A model generated the notes under the pieces. The model saw only the letters and a program-made list of their open reading frames with translations, was not told where the DNA came from and ran no database searches. The translations under genes and the position numbers were made by a program. Positions 43,700 through 58,700 of a stretch of DNA of 64,000 nucleotides are shown in pieces. Within the stretch, counting starts at the first letter, position 1, and each line of letters starts with the position of its first letter. The DNA comes from Auanema rhodensis. Its lineage: Eukaryota > Animalia > Nematoda. The stretch lies in the NCBI GenBank assembly GCA_964057225.1, contig OZ059900.1, positions 806,001 through 870,000 on the forward strand, in the 5' to 3' direction.

Positions 43700-46600
43700 G
43701 TACAAAATCTGTAATACTTGTAAATTTTGATCATATTTGTTAAGATTTGAGAATCAAACACATAATACACGAAATAAGTCTATTTTTACAAGTTTGCACT
43801 GATATTTATTCATTTTGATCAAAAAAGGTCGAAAATAGAAAGAATTTTTGAAATTTCCGAGTTTTGAGTCCAATTTGGCTAAATCGCTCATATATAAGAT
43901 CAAAAGCATAGTTTTATTGTCTATAACAACAAAAGTCATCAATTAAACGCTAGTGATGTTTAAATACTGAATTTCGCTCAAATAGCATTACTACACTAAG
44001 TATGGTCGTTTTTATGCCTTTAACACCATATACTCACCGATTTTTGGTACAAAATCTGTAATACTTGTAAATTTTGATCATATTTGTTAAGATTCGAGAA
44101 TCAAACACATAATACACGAAATAAGTCTATTTTTACAAGTTTGCACTGATATTTATTCATTTTGATCAAAAAAGGTCGAAAATAGAAAGAATTTTTGAAA
44201 TTTCCGAGTTTTGAGTCCAATTTGGCTAAATCGCTCATATATATGATCAGAAGCATAGTTTTATTGTCTATGACAACAAAAATCATCAATTAAACGCTAG
44301 TGATGTTTAAATACTGATTTTCGCTCAAATAGCATTACTACACTAAGTATGGTCGTTTTTATGCCTTTAACACCATATACTCACCGATTTTTGGTACAAA
44401 ATCTGTAATACTCGTAAATTTTGATCATATTCGTTAAGATTTGAGAATCAAACATACAATACAAAAAATCAGTCTATTTTTATGAGCTTGCACTGATATA
44501 TATTCATTTTGATCAAAAAAGGTCGAAAATAGAAAGAATTTTTGAAATTTCCGAGTTTTGAGTCTAATTCGGCTAAATCGCTCATATATATGATCAAAAG
44601 CATAGTTTTACTGTCTATGATAACAAAAGTCTTCAAATATACACTAATAATGATTAAATCACTGAATTTCAGTCAAATAGCATTACTACACTAAGTATGG
44701 TCGTTTTTATGCCTTTAACACCATATACTCACCGATTTTTGGTACAAAATCTGTAATACTTGTAAATTTTGATCATATTTGTTAAGATTCGAGAATCAAA
44801 CACATAATACACGAAATAAGTCTATTTTTACAAGTTTGCACTGATATTTATTCATTTTGATCAAAAAAGGTCGAAAATAGAAAGAATTTTTGAAATTTCC
44901 GAGTTTTGAGTCCAATTTGGCTAAATCGCTCATATATAAGATCAAAAGCATAGTTTTATTGTCTATAACAACAAAAGTCATCAATTAAACGCTAGTGATG
45001 TTTAAATACTGAATTTCGCTCAAATAGCATTACTACACTAAGTATGGTCGTTTTTATGCCTTTAACACCATATACTCACCGATTTTTGGTACAAAATCTG
45101 TAATACTCGTAAATTTTGATCATATTTGTTAAGATTTGAAAATCAAACACATAATACACGAAATAAGTCTATTTTTATGAGTTTGCACTGATATTTATTC
45201 ATTTTGATCAAAAAAGGTCGAAAATAGAAAGAATTTTTGAAATTTCCGAGTTTTGAGTCTAATTTGGCTAATTCGCTCATATATATGATCACAAGCATAG
45301 TTTTATTGTCTATGACAACAAAAATCATCAATTAAACGCTAGTGATGTTTAAATACTGATTTTCGCTCAAATAGCATTACTACACTAAGTATGGTCGTTT
45401 TTATGCCTTTAACACCATATACTAACCGATTTTTGGTACAAAATCTGTAATACTCGTAAATTTTGATCATATTCGTTAAGATTTGAGAATCAAACATACG
45501 ATACACAAAATCAGTCTATTTTTATGAGCTTGCACTGATATATATTCATTTTGATCAAAAAAGGTCGAAAATAGAAAGAATTTTTGAAATTTCCGAGTTT
45601 TGAGTCTAATTTGGCTAAATCGCTCATATATATGATAAAAAGCATAGTTTTACTGTCTATGATAACAAAAGTCTTCAAATATACACTAATAATGATTAAA
45701 TCACTGAATTTCAGTCAAATAGCATTACTACACTAAGTATGGTCGTTTTTATGCCTTTAACACCATATACTCACCGATTTTTGGTACAAAATCTGTAATA
45801 CTTGTAAATTTTGATCATATTTGTTAAGATTCGAGAATCAAACACATAATACACGAAATAAGTCTATTTTTACAAGTTTGCACTGATATTTATTCATTTT
45901 GATCAAAAAAGGTCGAAAATAGAAAGAATTTTTGAAATTTCCGAGTTTTGAGTCCAATTTGGCTAAATCGCTCATATATAAGATCAAAAGCATAGTTTTA
46001 TTGTCTATAACAACAAAAGTCATCAATTAAACGCTAGTGATGTTTAAATACTGAATTTCGCTCAAATAGCATTACTACACTAAGTATGGTCGTTTTTATG
46101 CCTTTAACACCATATACTCACCGATTTTTGGTACAAAATCTGTAATACTTGTAAATTTTGATCATATTTGTTAAGATTCGAGAATCAAACACATAATACA
46201 CGAAATAAGTCTATTTTTACAAGTTTGCACTGATATTTATTCATTTTGATCAAAAAAGGTCGAAAATAGAAAGAATTTTTGAAATTTCCGAGTTTTGAGT
46301 CCAATTTGGCTAAATCGCTCATATATATGATCAGAAGCATAGTTTTATTGTCTATGACAACAAAAATCATCAATTAAACGCTAGTGATGTTTAAATACTG
46401 ATTTTCGCTCAAATAGCATTACTACACTAAGTATGGTCGTTTTTATGCCTTTAACACCATATACTCACCGATTTTTGGTACAAAATCTGTAATACTCGTA
46501 AATTTTGATCATATTCGTTAAGATTTGAGAATCAAACATACAATACAAAAAATCAGTCTATTTTTATGAGCTTGCACTGATATATATTCATTTTGATCAA

Positions 46601-49600
46601 AAAAGGTCGAAATTAGAAAGAATTTTTGAAATTTCCGAGTTTTGAGTCTAATTTGGCTAAATCGCTCATATATATGATCAAAAGCATAGTTTTACTGTCT
46701 ATGATAACAAAAGTCTTCAAATATACACTAATAATGATTAAATCACTGAATTTCAGTCAAATAGCATTACTACACTAAGTATGGTCGTTTTTATGCCTTT
46801 AACACCATATACTCACCGATTTTTGGTACAAAATCTGTAATACTTGTAAATTTTGATCATATTTGTTAAGATTCGAGAATCAAACACATAATACACGAAA
46901 TAAGTCTATTTTTACAAGTTTGCACTGATATTTATTCATTTTGATCAAAAAAGGTCGAAAATAGAAAGAATTTTTGAAATTTCCGAGTTTTGAGTCCAAT
47001 TTGGCTAAATCGCTCATATATAAGATCAAAAGCATAGTTTTATTGTCTATAACAACAAAAGTCATCAATTAAACGCTAGTGATGTTTAAATACTGAATTT
47101 CGCTCAAATAGCATTACTACACTAAGTATGGTCGTTTTTATGCCTTTAACACCATATACTCACCGATTTTTGGTACAAAATCTGTAATACTCGTAAATTT
47201 TGATCATATTCGTTAAGATTTGAGAATCAAACATACAATACACAAAATCAGTCTATTTTTATGAGCTTGCACTGATATATATTCATTTTGATCAAAAAAA
47301 GGTCGAAAATAGAAAGAATTTTTGAAATTTCCGAGTTTTGAGTCTAATTTGGCTAAATCGCTCATATATATGATCAGAAGCATAGTTTTATTGTCTATGA
47401 CAACAAAAGTCATCAATTAAACGCTAGTGATGTTTAAATACTGATTTTCGCTCAAATAGCATTACTACACTAAGTATGGTCGTTTTTATGCCTTTAACAC
47501 CATATACTCACCGATTTTTGGTACAAAATCTGTAATACTCGTAAATTTTGATCATATTCGTTAAGATTTGAAAATCAAACACATAATACACGAAATAAGT
47601 CTATTTTTACAAGTTTGCACTGATATTTATTCATTTTGATCAAAAAAGGTCGAAAATAGAAAGAATTTTTGAAATTTCCGAGTTTTGAGTCCAATTTGGC
47701 TAAATCGCTCATATATAAGATCAAAAGCATAGTTTTATTGTCTATAACAACAAAAGTCATCAATTAAACGCTAGTGATGTTTAAATACTGAATTTCGCTC
47801 AAATAGCATTACTACACTAAGTATGGTCGTTTTTATGCCTTTAACACCATATACTCACCGATTTTTGGTACAAAATCTGTAATACTTGTAAATTTTGATC
47901 ATATTTGTTAAGATTCGAGAATCAAACACATAATACACGAAATAAGTCTATTTTTACAAGTTTGCACTGATATTTATTCATTTTGATCAAAAAAGGTCGA
48001 AAATAGAAAGAATTTTTGAAATTTCCGAGTTTTGAGTCCAATTTGGCTAAATCGCTCATATATATGATCAGAAGCATAGTTTTATTGTCTATGACAACAA
48101 AAATCATCAATTAAACGCTAGTGATGTTTAAATACTGATTTTCGCTCAAATAGCATTACTACACTAAGTATGGTCGTTTTTATGCCTTTAACACCATATA
48201 CTCACCGATTTTTGGTACAAAATCTGTAATACTCGTAAATTTTGATCATATTCGTTAAGATTTGAGAATCAAACATACAATACAAAAAATCAGTCTATTT
48301 TTATGAGCTTGCACTGATATATATTCATTTTGATCAAAAAAGGTCGAAAATAGAAAGAATTTTTGAAATTTCCGAGTTTTGAGTCTAATTTGGCTAAATC
48401 GCTCATATATATGATCAAAAGCATAGTTTTACTGTCTATGATAACAAAAGTCTTCAAATATACACTAATAATGATTAAATCACTGAATTTCAGTCAAATA
48501 GCATTACTACACTAAGTATGGTCGTTTTTATGCCTTTAACACCATATACTCACCGATTTTTGGTACAAAATCTGTAATACTTGTAAATTTTGATCATATT
48601 TGTTAAGATTCGAGAATCAAACACATAATACACGAAATAAGTCTATTTTTACAAGTTTGCACTGATATTTATTCATTTTGATCAAAAAAGGTCGAAAATA
48701 GAAAGAATTTTTGAAATTTCCGAGTTTTGAGTCCAATTTGGCTAAATCGCTCATATATAAGATCAAAAGCATAGTTTTATTGTCTATAACAACAAAAGTC
48801 ATCAATTAAACGCTAGTGATGTTTAAATACTGAATTTCGCTCAAATAGCATTACTACACTAAGTATGGTCGTTTTTATGCCTTTAACACCATATACTCAC
48901 CGATTTTTGGTACAAAATCTGTAATACTCGTAAATTTTGATCATATTCGTTAAGATTTGAGAATCAAACATACAATACACAAAATCAGTCTATTTTTATG
49001 AGCTTGCACTGATATATATTCATTTTGATCAAAAAAGGTCGAAAATAGAAAGAATTTTTGAAATTTCCGAGTTTTGAGTCTAATTTGGCTAAATCGCTCA
49101 TATATATGATCAGAAGCATAGTTTTATTGTCTATGACAACAAAAGTCATCAATTAAACGCTAGTGATGTTTAAATACTGATTTTCGCTCAAATAGCATTA
49201 CTACACTAAGTATGGTCGTTTTTATGCCTTTAACACCATATACTCACCGATTTTTGGTACAAAATCTGTAATACTCGTAAATTTTGATCATATTCGTTAA
49301 GATTTGAAAATCAAACACATAATACACGAAATAAGTCTATTTTTATAAGTTTGCACTGATATTTATTCATTTTGATCAAAAAAGGTCGAAAATAGAAAGA
49401 ATTTTTGAAATTTCCGAGTTTTGAGTCTAATTTGGCAAATTCGCTCATATATATGATCACAAGCATAGTTTTATTGTCTATGACAACAAAAATCATCAAT
49501 TAAACGCTAGTGATGTTTAAATACTGATTTTCGCTCAAATAGCATTACTACACTAAGTATGGTCGTTTTTATGCCTTTAACACCATATACTAACCGATTT

Positions 49601-51000
49601 TTGGTACAAAATCTGTAATACTCGTAAATTTTGATCATATTCGTTAAGATTTGAGAATCAAACATACGATACACAAAATCAGTCTATTTTTATGAGCTTG
49701 CACTGATATATATTCATTTTGATCAAAAAAGGTCGAAAATAGAAAGAATTTTTGAAATTTCCGAGTTTTGAGTCTAATTTGGCTAAATCGCTCATATATA
49801 TGATAAAAAGCATAGTTTTACTGTCTATGATAACAAAAGTCTTCAAATATACACTAATAATGATTAAATCACTGAATTTCAGTCAAATAGCATTACTACA
49901 CTAAGTATGGTCGTTTTTATGCCTTTAACACCATATACTCACCGATTTTTGGTACAAAATCTGTAATACTTGTAAATTTTGATCATATTTGTTAAGATTC
50001 GAGAATCAAACACATAATACACGAAATAAGTCTATTTTTACAAGTTTGCACTGATATTTATTCATTTTGATCAAAAAAGGTCGAAAATAGAAAGAATTTT
50101 TGAAATTTCCGAGTTTTGAGTCCAATTTGGCTAAATCGCTCATATATAAGATCAAAAGCATAGTTTTATTGTCTATAACAACAAAAGTCATCAATTAAAC
50201 GCTAGTGATGTTTAAATACTGAATTTCGCTCAAATAGCATTACTACACTAAGGATGGTCGTTTTTATGCCTTTAACACCATATACTCACCGATTTTTGGT
50301 ACAAAATCTGTAATACTTGTAAATTTCGATCATATTTGTTAAGATTCGAGAATCAAACACATAATACACGAAATAAGTCTATTTTTACAAGTTTGCACTG
50401 ATATTTATTCATTTTGATCAAAAAAGGTCGAAAATAGAAAGAATTTTTGAAATTTCCGAGTTTTGAGTCCAATTTGGCTAAATCGCTCATATATATGATC
50501 AGAAGCATAGTTTTATTGTCTATGACTACAAAAATCATCAATTAAACGCTAGTGATGTTTAAATACTGATTTTCGCTCAAATAGCATTACTACACTAAGT
50601 ATGGTCGTTTTTATGCCTTTAACACCATATACTCACCGATTTTTGGTACAAAATCTGTAATACTCGTAAATTTTGATCATATTCGTTAAGATTTGAGAAT
50701 CAAACATACAATACAAAAAATCAGTCTATTTTTATGAGCTTGCACTGATATATATTCATTTTGATCAAAAAAGGTCGAAAATAGAAAGAATTTTTGAAAT
50801 TTCCGAGTTTTGAGTCTAATTTGGCTAAATCGCTCATATATATGATCAAAAGCATAGTTTTACTGTCTATGATAACAAAAGTCTTCAAATATACACTAAT
50901 AATGATTAAATCACTGAATTTCAGTCAAATAGCATTACTACACTAAGTATGGTCGTTTTTATGCCTTTAACACCATATACTCACCGATTTTTGGTACAAA
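43700..51000. repeat. Domain with 5-, 6-, 7- and 12-mer periodicities (1737, 2084, 2431, 4168 bp)
   Basis: 43754>45838, 44101>46185 and 44796>46880 are +2084. 45143>49311, 45838>50006 and 46185>50353 are +4168. The ACTAACCG marker occurs at ~45421 and ~49590. Confidence 0.8.
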
Positions 51001-53500
51001 ATCTGTAATACTTGTAAATTTTGATCATATTTGTTAAGATTCGAGAATCAAACACATAATACACGAAATAAGTCTATTTTTACAAGTTTGCACTGATATT
51101 TATTCATTTTGATCAAAAAAGGTCGAAAATAGAAAGAATTTTTGAAGTTTCCGAGTTTTGAGTCCAATTTGGCTAAATCGCTCATATATAAGATCAAAAG
51201 CATAGTTTTATTGTCTATAACAACAAAAGTCATCAATTAAACGCTAGTGATGTTTAAATACTGAATTTCGCTCAAATAGCATTACTACACTAAGTATGGT
51301 CGTTTTTATGCCTTTAACACCATATACTCACCGATTTTTGGTACAAAATCTGTAATACTCGTAAATTTTGATCATATTCGTTAAGATTTGAGAATCAAAC
51401 ATACAATACAAAAAATCAGTCTATTTTTATGAGCTTGCACTGATATATATTCATTTTGATCAAAAAAGGTCGAAAATAGAAAGAATTTTTGAAATTTCCG
51501 AGTTTTGAGTCTAATTTGGCTAAATCGCTCATATATATGATCAAAAGCATAGTTTTACTGTCTATGATAACAAAAGTCTTCAAATATACACTAATAATGA
51601 TTAAATCACTGAATTTCAGTCAAATAGCATTACTACACTAAGTATGGTCGTTTTTATGCCTTTAACACCATATACTCACCGATTTTTGGTACAAAATCTG
51701 TAATACTTGTAAATTTTGATCATATTTGTTAAGATTCGAGAATCAAACACATAATACACGAAATAAGTCTATTTTTACAAGTTTGCACTGATATTTATTC
51801 ATTTTGATCAAAAAAGGTCGAAAATAGAAAGAATTTTTGAAGTTTCCGAGTTTTGAGTCCAATTTGGCTAAATCGCTCATATATAAGATCAAAAGCATAG
51901 TTTTATTGTCTATAACAACAAAAGTCATCAATTAAACGCTAGTGATGTTTAAATACTGAATTTCGCTCAAATAGCATTACTACACTAAGTATGGTCGTTT
52001 TTATGCCTTTAACACCATATACTCACCGATTTTTGGTACAAAATCTGTAATACTCGTAAATTTTGATCATATTCGTTAAGATTTGAGAATCAAACATACA
52101 ATACAAAAAATCAGTCTATTTTTATGAGCTTGCACTGATATATATTCATTTTGATCAAAAAAGGTCGAAAATAGAAAGAATTTTTGAAATTTCCGAGTTT
52201 TGAGTCTAATTTGGCTAAATCGCTCATATATATGATCAAAAGCATAGTTTTACTGTCTATGATAACAAAAGTCTTCAAATATACACTAATAATGATTAAA
52301 TCACTGAATTTCAGTCAAATAGCATTACTACACTAAGTATGGTCGTTTTTATGCCTTTAACACCATATACTCACCGATTTTTGGTACAAAATCTGTAATA
52401 CTTGTAAATTTTGATCATATTTGTTAAGATTCGAGAATCAAACACATAATACACGAAATAAGTCTATTTTTACAAGTTTGCACTGATATTTATTCATTTT
52501 GATCAAAAAAGGTCGAAAATAGAAAGAATTTTTGAAGTTTCCGAGTTTTGAGTCCAATTTGGCTAAATCGCTCATATATAAGATCAAAAGCATAGTTTTA
52601 TTGTCTATAACAACAAAAGTCATCAATTAAACGCTAGTGATGTTTAAATACTGAATTTCGCTCAAATAGCATTACTACACTAAGTATGGTCGTTTTTATG
52701 CCTTTAACACCATATACTCACCGATTTTTGGTACAAAATCTGTAATACTCGTAAATTTTGATCATATTCGTTAAGATTTGAGAATCAAACATACAATACA
52801 AAAAATCAGTCTATTTTTATGAGCTTGCACTGATATATATTCATTTTGATCAAAAAAGGTCGAAAATAGAAAGAATTTTTGAAATTTCCGAGTTTTGAGT
52901 CTAATTTGGCTAAATCGCTCATATATATGATCAAAAGCATAGTTTTACTGTCTATGATAACAAAAGTCTTCAAATATACACTAATAATGATTAAATCACT
53001 GAATTTCAGTCAAATAGCATTACTACACTAAGTATGGTCGTTTTTATGCCTTTAACACCATATACTCACCGATTTTTGGTACAAAATCTGTAATACTTGT
53101 AAATTTTGATCATATTTGCTAAGATTCGAGAATCAAACACATAATACACGAAATAAGTCTATTTTTACAAGTTTGCACTGATATTTATTCATTTTGATCA
53201 AAAAAGGTCGAAAATAGAAAGAATTTTTGAAATTTCCGAGTTTTGAGTCCAATTTGGCTAAATCGCTCATATATAAGATCAAAAGCATAGTTTTATTGTC
53301 TATAACAACAAAAGTCATCAATTAAACGCTAGTGATGTTTAAATACTGAATTTCGCTCAAATAGCATTACTACACTAAGTATGGTCGTTTTTATGCCTTT
53401 AACACCATATACTCACCGATTTTTGGTACAAAATCTGTAATACTCGTAAATTTTGATCATATTCGTTAAGATTTGAGAATCAAACATACAATACAAAAAA
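50650..53500. repeat. Near-perfect 2-mer HOR run (695 bp)
   Basis: ORFs at 51048, 51743, 52438 and 53133. The GAAGTTTCC allele is present in three consecutive units (~51146, ~51841, ~52536). Confidence 0.9.
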
Positions 53501-55799
53501 TCAGTCTATTTTTATGAGCTTGCACTGATATATATTCATTTTGATCAAAAAAGGTCGAAAATAGAAAGAATTTTTGAAATTTCCGAGTTTTGAGTCTAAT
53601 TTGGCTAAATCGCTCATATATATGATCAGAAGCATAGTTTTATTGTCTATGACAACAAAAGTCATCAATTAAACGCTAGTGATGTTTAAATACTGATTTT
53701 CGCTCAAATAGCATTACTACACTAAGTATGGTCGTTTTTATGCCTTTAACACCATATACTCACCGATTTTTGGTACAAAATCTGTAATACTTGTAAATTT
53801 TGATCAAATTTGTTAAGATTCGAGAATCAAACACATAATACACGAAATAAGTCTATTTTTATGAGTTTGCACTGATATTTATTCATTTTGATCAAAAAAG
53901 GTCGAAAATAGAAAGAATTTTTGAAATTTCCGAGTTTTGAGTCCAATTTGGCTAAATCGCTCATATATAAGATCAAAAGCATAGTTTTATTGTCTATAAC
54001 AACAAAAGTCATCAATTAAACGCTAGTGATGTTTAAATACTGAATTTCGCTCAAATAGCATTACTACACTAAGTATGGTCGTTTTTATGCCTTTAACACC
54101 ATATACTCACCGATTTTTGGTACAAAATCTGTAATACTCGTAAATTTTGTTCATATTCGTTAAGATTTGAGAATCAAACATACGATACACAAAATCAGTT
54201 TATTTTTACGAGTTTGCACTGATATTTATTCATTTTGATCAAAAAAGGTCGAAAATAGAAAGAATTTTTGAAATTTCCGAGTTTTGAGTCTAATTTGGCT
54301 AAATCGCTCATATATATGATAAAAAGCATAGTTTTACTGTCTATGACAACAAAAGTCATCAATTAAACGCTAGTGATGTTTAAATACTGATTTTCGCTCA
54401 AATAGCATTACTACACTAAGTATGGTCGTTTTTATGCCTTTAACACCATATACTCACCGATTTTTGGTACAAAATCTGTAATACTCGTAAATTTTGATCA
54501 TATTCGTTAAGATTTGAAAATCAAACACATAATACACGAAATAAGTCTATTTTTATGAGTTTGCACTGATATTTGTTTATTTTGATCAAAAAAGGTCGAA
54601 AATAGAAAGAATTTTTGAAATTTCCGAGTTTTGAGTCTAATTTGGCTAATTCGCTCATATATATGATCACAAGCATAGTTTTATTGTCTATGACAACAAA
54701 AATCATCAATTAAACGCTAGTGATGTTTAAATACTGATTTTCGCTCAAATAGCATTACTACACTAAGTATGGTCGTTTTTATGCCTTTAACACCATATAC
54801 TCACCGATTTTTGGTACAAAATCTGTAATACTCGTAAATTTTGATCATATTCGTTAAGATTTGAGAATCAAACATACGATACACGAAATAAGTTTATTTT
54901 TACGAGTTTGCACTGATATTTATTCATTTTGATCAAAAAAGGTCGAAAATAGAAAGAATTTTCGAAATTTCCGAGTTTTGAGTCTAATTTGGCTAAATCG
55001 CTCATATATATGATAAAAAGCATAGTTTTACTGTCTATGATAACAAAAGTCTTCAAATATACACTAATAATGATTAAATCACTGAATTTCAGTCAAATAG
55101 CATTACTACACTAAGTATGGTCGTTTTTATGCCTTTAACACCATATACTCACCGATTTTTGGTACAAAATCTGTAATACTTGTAAATTTTGATCATATTC
55201 GGTGAGATTCGAGGATCGAACACACAATACACGAAATAAGTTTATTTTTACGAGTTTGCACTGATATTTATTCATTTTTATCAAAAAAGGTCGAAAATAG
55301 AAAGAATTTTTGAAATTTCCGAGTTTTGAGTCTAATTTGGCTAAATCGCTCATATATAAGATCAAAAGCATAGTTTTACTGTCTATGATAACAAAAGTCT
55401 TCAAATATACACTAATAATGTGTAAATCACTGAATTTCACTCAAATAGCTTTACTACACTAAGTATGGTCGTTTTTATGCCTTTAACACCATATACTCAC
55501 CGATTTTTGGTACAAAATCTGTAATACTCGTAAATTTTGATCATATTCGTTAAGATTTGAGAATCAAACATACAATACACAAAATCAGTCTATTTTTATA
55601 AGCTTGCACTGATATATATTCATTTTGATCAAAAAAGGTCGAAAATAGAAAGAATTATTGAAATTTCCGAGTTTTGAGTCTAATTTGGCTAAATCGCTCA
55701 TATACATGATCAGAAGCATAGTTTCATTGTCTATGACAACAAAAGTCATCAATTAAACGCTAGTGATGTTTAAATACTGATTTTCGCTCAAATAGCATT

Positions 55800-58700
55800 A
55801 CTACACTAAGTATGGTCGTTTTTATGCCTTTAACACCATATACTCACCGATTTTTGGTACAAAATCTGTAATACTCGTAAATTTTGATCATTTTCGTTAA
55901 GATTTGAGAATCAAACATACAATACACAAAATCAGTCTATTTTTATGAGCTTGCACTGATATATATTCATTTTGATCAAAAAAGGTCGAAAATAGAAAGA
56001 ATTTTTGAAATTTACGAGTTTTGAGTCTAATTTGGCTAAATCGCTCATATATATGATCAGAAGCATAGTTTTATTGTCTATGACAACAAAAGTCATTAGT
56101 TAAACACTAATGATGTTTAAATCACTAAATTTCGCTCAAATAGCATTACTACACTAAGTATGGTCGTTTTTATGCCTTTAACACCATATACTCACCGATT
56201 TTTGGTACAAATCTGTGATACTCGTAAATTTTGATCATATTCGGTGAGATTCGAGAATCAAACACACAATACACGAAATAAGTTTATTTTTACGAGTTTG
56301 CACTGATATTTATTCATTTTGATCAAAAAAGGTCGAAAATAGAAAGAATTTTTGAAATTTCCGAGTTTTGAGTCTAATTTGGCTAAATCGCTCATATATA
56401 TGATCAAAAGCATAGTTTTATTGTCTATGACAACAAAAGTCATCAATTAAACGCTAGTGATGTTTAAATACTGAATTTCGCTCAAATAGCATTACTACAC
56501 TAAGTATGGTCGTTTTTATGCCTTTAACACCATATACTCACCGATTTTTGGTACAAAATCTGTAATACTCGTAAATTTTGATCATATTCGTTAAGATTTG
56601 AGAATCAAACATACAATACACAGAATCAGTCTATTTTTATGAGCTTGCACTGATATATATTCATTTTGATCAAAAAAGGTCGAAAATAGAAAGAATTTTT
56701 GAAATTTACGAGTTTTGAGTCTAATTTGGCTAAATCGCTCATATATATGATCAGAAGCATAGTTTTATTGTCTATGACAACAAAAGTCATTAGTTAAACA
56801 CTAATGATGTTTAAATCACTAAATTTCGCTCAAATAGCATTACTACACTAAGTATGGTCGTTTTTATGCCTTTAACACCATATACTCACCGATTTTTGGT
56901 ACAAAATCTGTAATACTTGTAAATTTTGATCATATTCGTTAAGAGTCGAGAATCAAACACATAATACACGAAATAAGTCTATTTTTATGAGTTTGCACTG
57001 ATATTTATTCATTTTGATCAAAAAAGGTCGAAAATAGAAAGAATTTTTGAATTTTCCGAGTTTTGAGTCCAATTGGGCTAAATCGCTCATATATATGATC
57101 AAAAGCATAGTTTTACTGTCTATGATAACAAAAGTCTTCAAATATACACTAATAATGATTAAATCACTGAATTTCACTCAAATAGCATTACTACACTAAG
57201 TATGGTCGTTTTTATGCCTTTAACACCATATACTCACCGATTTTTGGTACAAAATCTGTGATACTCGTAAATTTTGATCATATTCGGTGAGATTCGAGAA
57301 TCAAACACACAATACACGAAATAAGTTTATTTTTACGAGTTTGCACTGATATTTATTCATTTTGATCAAAAAAGGTCGAAAATAGAAAGAATTTTTGAAA
57401 TTTCCGAGTTTTGAGTCTAATTTGGCTAAATCGCTCATATATATGATCAAAAGCATAGTTTTATTGTCTATGACAACAAAAGTCATCAATTAAACGCTAG
57501 TGATGTTTAAATACTGAATTTCGCTCAAATAGCATTACTACACTAAGTATGGTCGTTTTTATGCCTTTAACACCATATACTCACCGATTTTTGGTACAAA
57601 ATCTGTAATACTCGTAAATTTTGATCATATTCGTTAAGATTTGAGAATCAAACATACAATACACAAAATCAGTCTATTTTTATGAGCTTGCACTGATATA
57701 TATTCATTTTGATCAAAAAAGGTCGAAAATAGAAAGAATTTTTGAAATTTACGAGTTTTGAGTCTAATTTGGCTAAATCGCTCATATATATGATCAGAAG
57801 CATAGTTTTATTGTCTATGACAATAAAAGTCATTAGTTAAACACTAATGATGTTTAAATCACTAAATTTCGCTCAAATAGCATTACTACACTAAGTATGG
57901 TCGTTTTTATGCCTTTAACACCATATACTCACCGATTTTTGGTACAAATCTGTGATACTCGTAAATTTTGATCATATTCGGTGAGATTCGAGAATCAAAC
58001 ACACAATACACGAAATAAGTTTATTTTTACGAGTTTGCACTGATATTTATTCATTTTGATCAAAAAAGGTCGAAAATAGAAAGAATTTTTGAAATTTCCG
58101 AGTTTTGAGTCTAATTTGGCTAAATCGCTCATATATATGATCAAAAGCATAGTTTTATTGTCTATGACAACAAAAGTCATCAATTAAACGCTAGTGATGT
58201 TTAAATACTGAATTTCGCTCAAATAGCATTACTACACTAAGTATGGTCGTTTTTATGCCTTTAACACCATATACTCACCGATTTTTGGTACAAAATCTGT
58301 AATACTCGTAAATTTTGATCATATTCGTTAAGATTTGAGAATCAAACCTACAATACACAAAATCAGTCTATTTTTATGAGCTTGCACTGATATATATTCA
58401 TTTTGATCAAAAAAGGTCGAAAATAGAAAGAATTTTTGAAATTTACGAGTTTTGAGTCTAATTTGGCTAAATCGCTCATATATATGATCAGAAGCATAGT
58501 TTTATTGTCTATGACAACAAAAGTCATTAGTTAAACACTAATGATGTTTAAATCACTAAATTTCGCTCAAATAGCATTACTACACTAAGTATGGTCGTTT
58601 TTATGCCTTTAACACCATATACTCACCGATTTTTGGTACAAAATCTGTAATACTTGTAAATTTTGATCATATTCGTTAAGAGTCGAGAATCAAACACATA

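Noticed and set aside
47294-47300. A7 run producing an alternative-frame ORF (47213-47416)
   Set aside because: It is a single homopolymer-length variant that could be a sequencing error, unlike the A5 variant that recurs at six HOR-equivalent sites.
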